Shown in pieces: positions 6,900-15,079 of a stretch of DNA of 64,000 bases (its first letter is position 1; every line of letters starts with the position of its first letter). The notes under the pieces were generated by a model. That model was not told the DNA's origin and made no database searches. It saw nothing but the letters and a program-made list of their open reading frames with translations. The stretch covers positions 8,957 through 72,956 of the forward strand of contig JAGLYZ010000001.1 in NCBI GenBank assembly GCA_023131895.1, read 5' to 3'. Origin of the DNA: Candidatus Parcubacteria bacterium. GTDB taxonomy: Bacteria; Patescibacteriota; Minisyncoccia; Minisyncoccales; JAGMDC01. A program made the translations under genes and the position numbers.

Positions 6900-8635
6900 T
6901 CACTAAACACATACAAAACCCATACACTAAACAGACACGAAACCTTTTACTTGGTGTCGGTTTAGTGTTTTGTTTAGTGTGGGTTTCTTGTTTTCTGCCT
7001 AGCGAAGCGAAGGCAGAAAGTGCTTCGCTTTTTCTTACACCTGCAAGCCAAAGCCTTGAAACAGGAGAGAGATTTTCAATGGAGGTAAATGTAGACACTG
7101 GCTCTATTCCTATTAATGCCGGACAGGCAATTATTCATTTCCCATATGATACATTAGAGATTGTCAGTATTTCCAAAGAAAATTCTATATTTTCTTTTTG
7201 GCCGGAAGAGCCGGTTTTTTCTAATTCAACAGGTGAAATTTCGTTTGTTGGCGGATTGCCTACGCCTGGCTTTACAGGAATAGGAAATTTAATTACTGTT
7301 GAATTTAAAGCAAGACAATTAGGTGTTTCAAATCTTACTTTCGGTGATGCCAGGGTTTTAGCTGACGACGGCAAAGGAACCAATGTTTTAGTTTATCTTA
7401 AAAGCGCCAAATATTTTATTCTTGAAAAAATAACTCTTTCTGGAAAAGAACCAGAAGCAGCTTTGCCTCAAATTTTTTCTCTAACTCATCCTCAAGAAGA
7501 CGAATGGTATAATAATAATTCCCCTTCTTTCAAATGGAATTTAACCCCTGGTATTACTGATGTTAGTTTTGATTTAAACCAAAAACCAGAAGCCATGCCT
7601 GATACAGTTTCTGAAGGCATAAAGGAATTTAAAAAGTATGAAAAAGTTTTAGATGGTATTTGGTATTTTCATTTAAGTTCAAAAGATGAAACAGGATGGT
7701 TGGAGCCTGTGCATTATAAAATTCAGATTGATACTACGCCGCCTAACCTTTTTGAATTGGTGATTGATAATGCCGGAGATCCTACTAATCCAAAGCCCAG
7801 TATTTATTTTGAAACCAGTGATGCTGCTTCAGGAATAAAGAATTATAAGCTTAAAATTGGACAAGGAGATTTTTCTAATTTAATGCTTGCGCAAATAAAT
7901 CCTGTTTTTTTATCGCTTCAAGATCCAGGCAGCCGTGAAATTATAGTAAGAGCTGTAGATAAAGCTGGAAATTCTGTTCAAGCTGAATCTTTTATTAATA
8001 TAGAATCTATTGAATCTCCTGAAATTAATGTCTGGCCCAAGAAATATATTGCAGGAGAAGAAGTGTTCTATATTGAAGGCAAATCCTTGCCTAATGCAGA
8101 AATTACAATTTTTTTAAAAAAAGACAATAAAGAAATTAGAAAATGGCAAACCATTAGCAACAATCAAGGAGAATGGTCTTTTTCAACAAGAGAATTCTTA
8201 AAATCCGGTAATTATTCCTTATCTGCTCTGGCTCAAGACAACAGGGGAGCAATAAGTGATTTTTCTGATGCAAAAGAAATAGAAATATTTTTCAGCGGGC
8301 TTTTTTTTGGACCATTAATGGTTTCTTTTAAAACATTGGTTCTATCCTTATTTTTAGTTTTGTGTTTAGGAATTATTATATTTGCTTATTTCTTTTATAA
8401 AAATCGTTTGGCTAAAAGAGTATTAATAAAAGAAACATGTGAAGCAAGAGAAATTCTTAAAGAAAATTTTGATTCCTTAGGAAAAGAAATAGAAAAGCGG
8501 ATTGAGATGGCTGATAATCAGCCTGGATTTAGTGAAGCGGAAAAAGATGTTTGTGAAAATATTAAAAAAGCGCTCAAAACCACTAAAAAGAAAATAGAAA
8601 AAGAAATTAAAGACATTGAAAGAGAGCTAAAATAA
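6896..8635 (+). CDS. Membrane-anchored cohesin-like domain surface protein, paralogue 4, with an extra beta domain and a cytoplasmic coiled-coil tail
   Basis: ASLFLTPASQSLETGERFSMEVNVDTGSIPINAGQAIIHFPYDTLEI..., THPQEDEWY, DGIWYFHL and SGIKNY. There is an additional ~100-aa domain before the TM. After the TM comes a ~75-aa K/E-rich tail (KEIEKRIEM...KKKIEKEIKDIERELK). Confidence 0.75.
   Translation: MITKHIQNPYTKQTRNLLLGVGLVFCLVWVSCFLPSEAKAESASLFLTPASQSLETGERFSMEVNVDTGSIPINAGQAIIHFPYDTLEIVSISKENSIFSFWPEEPVFSNSTGEISFVGGLPTPGFTGIGNLITVEFKARQLGVSNLTFGDARVLADDGKGTNVLVYLKSAKYFILEKITLSGKEPEAALPQIFSLTHPQEDEWYNNNSPSFKWNLTPGITDVSFDLNQKPEAMPDTVSEGIKEFKKYEKVLDGIWYFHLSSKDETGWLEPVHYKIQIDTTPPNLFELVIDNAGDPTNPKPSIYFETSDAASGIKNYKLKIGQGDFSNLMLAQINPVFLSLQDPGSREIIVRAVDKAGNSVQAESFINIESIESPEINVWPKKYIAGEEVFYIEGKSLPNAEITIFLKKDNKEIRKWQTISNNQGEWSFSTREFLKSGNYSLSALAQDNRGAISDFSDAKEIEIFFSGLFFGPLMVSFKTLVLSLFLVLCLGIIIFAYFFYKNRLAKRVLIKETCEAREILKENFDSLGKEIEKRIEMADNQPGFSEAEKDVCENIKKALKTTKKKIEKEIKDIERELK
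6901..6985. repeat. Paralogue-junction element 3: cactaaac x2 plus cgaaacc, then gtttagtg x2 (complementary arms)
   Basis: cactaaacacatacaaaacccatacactaaacagacacgaaacc ... ggtgtcggtttagtgttttgtttagtgtgggttt. It lies in the first ~30 codons of paralogue 4. Confidence 0.8.
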
Positions 8636-8663
8636 AAACAGAATCGGTAATAAATTAAGTTTA

Positions 8664-8678
8664 TGTTAGAATAAAAAT
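8664..8678 (+). promoter_or_regulatory. Extended -10 (TGtTAGAAT) followed by exactly 6 nt and the ATG of the CDF gene; leaderless-type start
   Basis: tg 8664-8665, tagaat 8667-8672, spacer aaaaat, ATG at 8679. No SD. Confidence 0.5.
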
Positions 8679-9911
8679 ATGAATAAAGAATCTGTCTCAA
8701 TTTTTAGCATTTTAGCCAATATCTTTTTAGGGATTAGCAAATTAGTGATTGGTTTGATGATTAACAGCGCTGCTTTGGTTGCTGATGGTATCCATTCAGC
8801 TACTGATTTTGTATCTTCTTTAGGTGTTTTTATTGGAATTAAAATTGCTAAAAAACCAGCTGATAAAGAGCATCCTTATGGCCATTATGCTGCAGAAACC
8901 TTAAGCGGGTTAGGCGTGGTTCTTCTTTTAATTCTTGCAGGCATATGGATTATGTATGATGGAGTAGGAAGTATTCTGAATAAAAATATTATTCAATTAA
9001 GTTCAATAGGAATTATAGTCGTTGTTTTTTCCATATTTTTAAATGAGGCAATGGCTCGTTTGAAATTAAGATACGGCCGCAAGGAGAATTCTCTGGCTTT
9101 AATTGCTGATGCCGAGCATTCGCGCGCTGACGCTATTTCTTCAGTTGGTGTTTTAATTGGCTTATTGATTGCTTCTTTGGGTTCAGGTTATTTTTTATAT
9201 GCAGATGGATTGATTGCTATTTTTATTGGTATGTATATTTTAAAAGAAAGCTATAAATTAGGCAGGGAAGTAGTTGATAATTTATTAGGAGTAAGGGACG
9301 AGAAAACTGAGGAAATGATTAAAGAATATTGTAAGCAAAAAAATATTTCTTTAATTGGTTTAAAAACGCGGAAAATTGGGCCAGTGATTTCTGCAGAAAT
9401 CACTATTAAATTAGACGCTCGTTTAAAAGTAGAGGAAGCAGAAGGGGTCTCTAAAAAATTACAAAATGATTTATTGGCCAAAATCAAAAATTTAAAATAT
9501 GTGGTTATTCAGGTTGAATCGCATAAAACAAGGCAGGGATTTATTAGGCAAAGATGGGGTAGAAGGATTGATTTTCGCGAGCGATTTAAACCATTAGGTC
9601 CGGAAAAGAAAGGTTATAGAATAGTCATTCCTTTTAAAGATGGAAAATTCTATTCAGATTTTGGAGCGCCGGAATATTTAGTGGTAGATCGCGAAGGCGG
9701 TCGCGCTAGCCGCATTTTAGAAAAACAAATCGTGGAAAATCCATTTTTCGCAGAAGGTATTGGCGGCGGTATGCGGTTTATTAAATCGCTTAATCCAGAT
9801 GAAGTTATTACTCAAAAAATAGGTCCAGGCGCTACAGAAAGATTAAAAGAATTAGGAATTAAGCTGACCATCATTAAAGACGAAAACGAAATAAAAGAAT
9901 TTTTACCCTGA
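8679..9911 (+). CDS. Cation diffusion facilitator (CDF) transporter fused to a C-terminal NifX/NifB-like (dinitrogenase FeMo-cofactor family) domain
   Basis: CDF hallmarks: HSATDFVSSLGVFIG, KPADKEHPYGHYAAE, HSRADAISSVG and a cytoplasmic ZT-dimer-like region. A ~115-aa extension (YRIVIPFKDGKFYSDFGAPEYLVVD ... GGGMRFIKSL ... VITQKIGPGATERLKELGIKLTI) resembles the PF02579-type fold. Confidence 0.7.
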   Translation: MNKESVSIFSILANIFLGISKLVIGLMINSAALVADGIHSATDFVSSLGVFIGIKIAKKPADKEHPYGHYAAETLSGLGVVLLLILAGIWIMYDGVGSILNKNIIQLSSIGIIVVVFSIFLNEAMARLKLRYGRKENSLALIADAEHSRADAISSVGVLIGLLIASLGSGYFLYADGLIAIFIGMYILKESYKLGREVVDNLLGVRDEKTEEMIKEYCKQKNISLIGLKTRKIGPVISAEITIKLDARLKVEEAEGVSKKLQNDLLAKIKNLKYVVIQVESHKTRQGFIRQRWGRRIDFRERFKPLGPEKKGYRIVIPFKDGKFYSDFGAPEYLVVDREGGRASRILEKQIVENPFFAEGIGGGMRFIKSLNPDEVITQKIGPGATERLKELGIKLTIIKDENEIKEFLP

Positions 9912-9950
9912 TATTATCGAAATCGGATTTTGATACTCCGAAAAAAATAT

Positions 9951-9980
9951 GGGCGTTTATACGTCCTTTTTTTTGTTTTC
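9951..9980 (+). terminator. Rho-independent terminator after the CDF gene
   Basis: gggcgt-ttat-acgtcc stem-loop (one G-U pair) followed by an almost uninterrupted T-run (ttttttttgtttt). Confidence 0.7.
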
Positions 9981-9989
9981 AAAAAAATG

Positions 9990-10004
9990 TGATATAATAC
10001 CATA
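9990..10004 (+). promoter_or_regulatory. Extended -10 (TGaTATAAT), N6, then the ATG of the SdpI-like gene; leaderless-type start
   Basis: tga 9990-9992, tataat 9993-9998, spacer accata, ATG at 10005. It follows the terminator at 9951-9980. Confidence 0.55.
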
Positions 10005-10649
10005 ATGAGAAAAACAGAAATTATTGCCTTAGGGATTATTTTAATATCATTTTTGATTGGCATTTATTTTTATAACAGGATGCCAGATATGATGGCTTCG
10101 CATTGGAATGCAAGAGGCGAAGTTAACGATTATATGTCCAAATTCTGGGCTTTGTTTTTAATGCCTTTAATGTCTTTGGGATTGTTTTTACTTTTTCTTG
10201 TGGTTCCTAAAATTGATCCATTAAAACAAAATATTGAAAAATTCAGAAAATACTTTGATACATTTATTGTCTTGATGCTCGGCTTTCTGTTTTATATTTA
10301 TCTTTTAACTATTTTTTGGAATCTTGGCATTAGATTCAGTATGATACAACTGATGATTCCAGCTATGGCTGCTTTATTTTATTACTGCGGAATTTTAGTA
10401 GAAAATGCCAAAAGAAACTGGTTTATTGGCATTAAAACTCCCTGGACATTGAGTAATGAAAATGTCTGGAATAAAACTCACAAACTGGGCGGTAAACTGT
10501 TTAAAAGTGCTGGCATAATTATTCTTTTAGGGATTGTCTTGGAAAGTTATGCTCCATATTTTGTTTTGGTTCCAATACTTTTTGTCAGTATTTATTTAGT
10601 TGTCTATTCCTATCTTGAATATCAGAAAGAAATAAAGATAAAGAAATGA
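10005..10649 (+). CDS. SdpI/DUF1648 family membrane protein
   Basis: The N-terminus FYNRMPDMMASHWNARGEVNDY is DUF1648-like. NWFIGIKTPWTLSNENVWNKTHKLGGKLF matches the SdpI signature. About 6 TM segments. A 4-nt ATGA overlap joins it to the next gene. Confidence 0.75.
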   Translation: MRKTEIIALGIILISFLIGIYFYNRMPDMMASHWNARGEVNDYMSKFWALFLMPLMSLGLFLLFLVVPKIDPLKQNIEKFRKYFDTFIVLMLGFLFYIYLLTIFWNLGIRFSMIQLMIPAMAALFYYCGILVENAKRNWFIGIKTPWTLSNENVWNKTHKLGGKLFKSAGIIILLGIVLESYAPYFVLVPILFVSIYLVVYSYLEYQKEIKIKK

Positions 10650-12178
10650 GCATTAAAATATTAAAAAAAACAATATCTGTTTGTCCTGAATGTTTTAGAG
10701 CAGGGAAAATTAAGAAAATAGACGCTCAAATTATTGAGGAGGAAGGAAAGGTGTGGATGAGAAAAGAGTGTTCCATACATGGTGTTTTTAAGTCAATATA
10801 CTTCAGTTCTCCAGAGCTTTATCGCAAATGGATGAAGTATCAAGCAGATGGCAGAGGGGTTGAAAATGTAGAGATTAAAAGCCTGCCTGATTCGCATTTT
10901 CTTTATCCAAAGCATTTTTCCCAAACAGTTCTGACAAATTTAATGGTTACCAACAGATGCAACCTAAGGTGCAGCTACTGCTTTATGAATGCCGGAGCCG
11001 CCGGTTATATTTATGAGCCGTCTTTAGAGATGCTGAAAAAGATGATGCAGGCAGTAAGATTAGAAAAACCTGTGCCCTCAAAGGCGCTGCAGATCACCGG
11101 TGGTGAGCCAACAATTAGAGATGATTTAATAAAGATTATCAAAATAGCTAAAAATATGGGCTTTGTTCATGTCCAGTTGAACACCAATGGCATACGGCTT
11201 TCTGAAGAGCCGGAATATTGTCAAAAGATTAAAAAGGCAGGAGTAAATACTATTTATATGAGCTTTGACGGAGTTTCAAAGCAAACCAACCCTTGGATAG
11301 AAGAAAATAAAAGAGCAATAGAGAATCTAAGAAAAGCAGGCATAGGCGTTGTTTTGGTTCCCACTGTTATCGCTGATTCCAATCTTCAAGAAGCAGGAGA
11401 GATTGTTAAATATGCCATAGAAAATATTGATATAGTAAGAGGGGTTAATTTCCAGCCCATTTCTTTTTGCGGAAGGGCAGGATTTGTGCCTGATGAGGTT
11501 AGAAAAAGAAAAAGAGTTGATTATGTAAAACTTTTTGAGGTCTTGGAGGATTCTTTTGGAGGACAAATAACAAGAGATGATTTTTATCCTGTACCCTTCG
11601 TTTATCCAATATCAAAATTAGTAGAAAGGCTAAGGGGTGAGCCCCAAGTTGAATTTACTGCTCACCCAGGCTGCGGCGGAGCAACTTATGTATTTGTTAA
11701 GAATGGGAATTTAGTGCCAATAACTAGATTTATTAATGTAGAGAGGCTAAGGAAGTTCATTGAAGAGCAATTAGAAAAATCAGGACCATTTTACAGGGCA
11801 AGAGTGACTGCTCTTTTTATCAAAAATATTTCTCAATTTATTAATCAAAATAAAGTGCCAGAAGGTTTAGATATTAAAAATATTTTAATAAGCGCTATTA
11901 CCAGAGGTCAATATAAATCATTGGGTAAATTCCATCACGAAGCCCTTTTTATCGGTTCAATGTGGTTTCAGGATGTTTGGAATCTTAATCTGGAACGGTT
12001 GAAAAGATGCGTTATTCATTATTCTACCCCGGAAGGCATAGTGCCTTTTTGCGCTTATAATGGTTTGGGATATGGCGATGAGATTCGTAAGAGGCATTCT
12101 ATGTCTGTGAAAGAATGGGAGGAAAAAACCGGCAGAAAAATGGAAGACGATCTTTGGAAAAACGGCCCTGTATCATAA
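10646..12178 (+). CDS. Radical SAM enzyme, MJ0619/tetraether-lipid-synthase (Tes/GDGT-MAS)-like architecture
   Basis: CNLRCSYCF is a CxxxCxxC radical SAM motif. N-terminal Cys/His knuckle (CPECF ... ECSIHG). GGEPT motif. Additional conserved Cys residues (HPGCGG, RCVIHY, PFCAYN). At 510 aa it matches the size of the archaeal MJ0619 family. The radical SAM call is solid; the subfamily call is from memory only. Confidence 0.6.
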   Translation: MSIKILKKTISVCPECFRAGKIKKIDAQIIEEEGKVWMRKECSIHGVFKSIYFSSPELYRKWMKYQADGRGVENVEIKSLPDSHFLYPKHFSQTVLTNLMVTNRCNLRCSYCFMNAGAAGYIYEPSLEMLKKMMQAVRLEKPVPSKALQITGGEPTIRDDLIKIIKIAKNMGFVHVQLNTNGIRLSEEPEYCQKIKKAGVNTIYMSFDGVSKQTNPWIEENKRAIENLRKAGIGVVLVPTVIADSNLQEAGEIVKYAIENIDIVRGVNFQPISFCGRAGFVPDEVRKRKRVDYVKLFEVLEDSFGGQITRDDFYPVPFVYPISKLVERLRGEPQVEFTAHPGCGGATYVFVKNGNLVPITRFINVERLRKFIEEQLEKSGPFYRARVTALFIKNISQFINQNKVPEGLDIKNILISAITRGQYKSLGKFHHEALFIGSMWFQDVWNLNLERLKRCVIHYSTPEGIVPFCAYNGLGYGDEIRKRHSMSVKEWEEKTGRKMEDDLWKNGPVS

Positions 12179-12185
12179 AATCTCT

Positions 12186-12194
12186 TGTGGATAA
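12186..12194 (-). promoter_or_regulatory. Perfect DnaA-box 9-mer (TTATCCACA on the minus strand) upstream of nrdD
   Basis: tgtggataa read directly at 12186-12194 in the intergenic region. Confidence 0.45.
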
Positions 12195-12206
12195 CCTCGG
12201 ATTTTC

Positions 12207-12240
12207 AACGGCGGAGGCAAAATTTGACGCCGTTTTTTTA
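12207..12240 (+). terminator. Rho-independent terminator after the radical SAM gene
   Basis: aacggcg ... cgccgtt 7-bp stem with a 14-nt loop, followed by tttttt. Confidence 0.55.
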
Positions 12241-12263
12241 TCGGAGTAAAATGGAATAATATC

Positions 12264-12275
12264 TATAAACCTCTT
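12264..12275 (+). promoter_or_regulatory. -10-like TATAAA, N6, then the ATG of nrdD; leaderless-type start
   Basis: tataaa 12264-12269, spacer cctctt, ATG at 12276. Confidence 0.4.
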
Positions 12276-14381
12276 ATGAAAAATAAAATTACTAAAATTA
12301 AAAAAAGAGACGGTAGAATAGTTGATTTTGACCAAGATAAAATTACAAAAGCGATTTATAAAGCTCTTACTTCCAGCGGCCAGGGCGATGGGAAGAAATC
12401 TAAGAGAATTTCCAATAGAATTGTTCAGATTTTGAACAGAAGATTTAAAAAAGATGAAGTTCCCACCGTAGAACATATTCAAGACATTGTCGAAGAAGTT
12501 TTAATATTAGAAAATTTAGTAGAAACAGCCAAGGCCTATATTTTATATCGTGAACAAAGAAGAAGAATTAGAGAAGCAATTACAGTAAGCGAGGAGGCAG
12601 TTAATCGAGTTGACCAGTATTTGGAAAAGCTGGACTGGGAGGTTCAGGAAAATGCTAATATGGCTTTTTCCTTGCAGGGTTTGAATCATTACGGCGTCAC
12701 TTATATCATAAAAAAATACTGGCTTAATAAAATTTATCCCAAGACGATAAGGGAAGTTGATGAATCAGGCGATCTGCATCTTCATGATTTGGATTCCTTA
12801 GCATGTTACTGCATGGGTTGGGATTTATATGACCTTTTATTAAAGGGATTTGGCGGCGTTTCAGGAAAGGTAGAAACAAAACCAGCAAAACATTTTAGAG
12901 CAATTTTAGGCCAGGCAGTGAATTTTTTATATACAGTCCAGGGCGAATGCGCGGGAGCGATCGCTTTTTCAAATTTTGATACTCTTTTAGCGCCTTTTAT
13001 TCGATATGACAATTTGAACTATCAACAGGTGAAACAATCGCTTCAGGAATTTTTATTTAATATGGCTGTGCCAACACGGGTCGGTTTCCAATGTCCTTTT
13101 AGTAATGTCACCTTAGACCTTAAGCCCTCTTCGGTTTTTGCTAAACAGCCAGTTATCATTGGCGGCAAGCCGCAAAAAGAAACATATGGCGAGTTTGCGG
13201 AAGAAATGAAAGTTTTTAATAGAGCTTTTTATGAAATAATGCTGGAAGGAGATAAATCAGGAAGACCCTTTCATTTCCCTATTCCAACTATAAACATTAC
13301 TAAAGATTTTCCCTGGGATGAACCAGCTTTTGATGGAATTTTTGAGGCCTCAGCAAAATACGGTACCAATTATTTTGCCAACTATATTAACTCGGAGATG
13401 GAGCCATCTGATGTACGTTCAATGTGTTGCAGGCTTAGGTTAAACCTGACAGATCTTTACAACCGTGGTGGAGGCGGGTTGTTCGGTTCAGGAACATTAA
13501 CCGGAAGTATTGGCGTGGTAACGGTTAATCTTCCAAGGATTGGTTATCTTTCAAAAACCAAGAAAGAATTCTTTGAACAACTTGGAAAAATGATGGATTT
13601 AGCAAGAGAAAGCTTAGAAATAAAAAGAAAAACTATTGAGGATTTTATTGAAAAAGGTTTGTATCCTTATTCAAAATTTTATTTGTCAGGAATAAAAAAA
13701 GCGCGCAATGCATATTTTGCCAATCATTTTTCAACCATAGGTTTAATAGGAACGAATGAAGCAATTTTAAATTTCTTAGGTGAAGATATTGGTTCCCGTA
13801 GAGGCAAAAAATTCGCCTTGGAAATTTTAGATTTTATGAGAGAAAAACTAGTTAAATATCAAAAAGAAACTGGCAATATTTATAACTTAGAACAAACACC
13901 GGCAGAAAGCACAAGTTATAGATTGGCTTTAAAAGATAGAGAGAAATATCCAGATATAATTACTGCTGGAACCAAGGAAAATCCCTACTACACCAATTCT
14001 ACCCAGCTTCCGGTTGATTATACAAATGATGCCTTTGAGGCATTAAAACTCCAAGACGAAATTCAAGCTAAGTATACAGGAGGCAGCGTACTCCATCTCT
14101 TTTTAGGTGAAAAAATTTCTGATATTCAAACCGTAAAAAGTTTAATTAAAAAAGTTTTTGAGAAGTTTCACCTTCCTTATATTACCATTACCCCAACTTT
14201 TTCTATTTGTCCGGTTCACGGTTATTTAAGCGGAGAACATTTTGAGTGCCCAAAATGTCTTGTTAAGCAGCCATGCGAAGTTTACTCCAGAGTCGTGGGA
14301 TATTACCGCCCCGTGACACAATACAATACTGGAAAACAGCAGGAGTTCAAGGAGAGAAAAGAATTTAAGATAAAGACATAA
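12276..14381 (+). CDS. nrdD: Anaerobic ribonucleoside-triphosphate reductase (class III RNR)
   Basis: N-terminal ATP-cone (KRDGRIVDFDQDKITKAIYKAL). C-terminal Zn ribbon (CPVHG...CPKC) and glycyl-radical motif (SRVVGYYRPV). 701 aa. Confidence 0.92.
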   Translation: MKNKITKIKKRDGRIVDFDQDKITKAIYKALTSSGQGDGKKSKRISNRIVQILNRRFKKDEVPTVEHIQDIVEEVLILENLVETAKAYILYREQRRRIREAITVSEEAVNRVDQYLEKLDWEVQENANMAFSLQGLNHYGVTYIIKKYWLNKIYPKTIREVDESGDLHLHDLDSLACYCMGWDLYDLLLKGFGGVSGKVETKPAKHFRAILGQAVNFLYTVQGECAGAIAFSNFDTLLAPFIRYDNLNYQQVKQSLQEFLFNMAVPTRVGFQCPFSNVTLDLKPSSVFAKQPVIIGGKPQKETYGEFAEEMKVFNRAFYEIMLEGDKSGRPFHFPIPTINITKDFPWDEPAFDGIFEASAKYGTNYFANYINSEMEPSDVRSMCCRLRLNLTDLYNRGGGGLFGSGTLTGSIGVVTVNLPRIGYLSKTKKEFFEQLGKMMDLARESLEIKRKTIEDFIEKGLYPYSKFYLSGIKKARNAYFANHFSTIGLIGTNEAILNFLGEDIGSRRGKKFALEILDFMREKLVKYQKETGNIYNLEQTPAESTSYRLALKDREKYPDIITAGTKENPYYTNSTQLPVDYTNDAFEALKLQDEIQAKYTGGSVLHLFLGEKISDIQTVKSLIKKVFEKFHLPYITITPTFSICPVHGYLSGEHFECPKCLVKQPCEVYSRVVGYYRPVTQYNTGKQQEFKERKEFKIKT

Positions 14382-15079
14382 TGCTTATTGGGGGACTGCA
14401 AAAAGTTACATTAATTGATTATCCGGGCAAGGTTGCTTGCACGGTTTTTTTAATGGGCTGTAATTTTCGCTGTCCTTTTTGTTATAGCGGTGAACTTGTT
14501 TTGCCAGAAGAAATAAAAAAACAGCCAATAATTCCAGAAAAAGTTTTTTTTGATTTTTTAAAAGAAAGAAAAGGATTATTAGAAGGAGTTGTCCTGTGCG
14601 GCGGTGAACCTACCATTTCTGAAGGTTTATTAGAATTCTGCCAGAAAATAAAAAAATTAGGATATTTGGTGAAATTAGATACTAATGGTTCAAGCCCAAA
14701 AATGATTGAGAAATTGATAAAAGAAAGATTGATAGATTATGTGGCAATGGATATTAAAGCACCGCAAAATAAATATAGTTTTTATTCAGGGAATAAATCA
14801 GATATCGAAAAGATTAAAAAAAGTGTTGATATCTTAAAGCAGAGAAGAATTGATTTTGAGTTCAGAACAACCGTGGCGCCTGGGTTGACAGAAAAGGACA
14901 TATTAAAAATTGCTGATTGGATCGGCGGTAAAAAAGTTAGTTATTTTTTTCAAGAGTTTAATTCTCAAAAGCCGATTTTAAATCCAGAGATTCTCAAACT
15001 CCCAGTTTTAAAAAAAGAAGAGATTGAGAAGGCTGTTGAAACAATGAAACCAAAATTTCAAATCTGCAAACTAAGATAA
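14381..15079 (+). CDS. nrdG: Anaerobic RNR activating protein (radical SAM)
   Basis: CNFRCPFCY motif and GGEPT motif. The start overlaps the nrdD stop (TAATG). Confidence 0.88.
   Translation: MLIGGLQKVTLIDYPGKVACTVFLMGCNFRCPFCYSGELVLPEEIKKQPIIPEKVFFDFLKERKGLLEGVVLCGGEPTISEGLLEFCQKIKKLGYLVKLDTNGSSPKMIEKLIKERLIDYVAMDIKAPQNKYSFYSGNKSDIEKIKKSVDILKQRRIDFEFRTTVAPGLTEKDILKIADWIGGKKVSYFFQEFNSQKPILNPEILKLPVLKKEEIEKAVETMKPKFQICKLR

Noticed and set aside
2132-8635. Classical cellulosome
   Set aside because: No dockerin is attached to a glycoside hydrolase or CBM in this window, and each cohesin-like protein has a single cohesin module with its own TM anchor. The GH genes at 16.6-20 kb lack dockerins.
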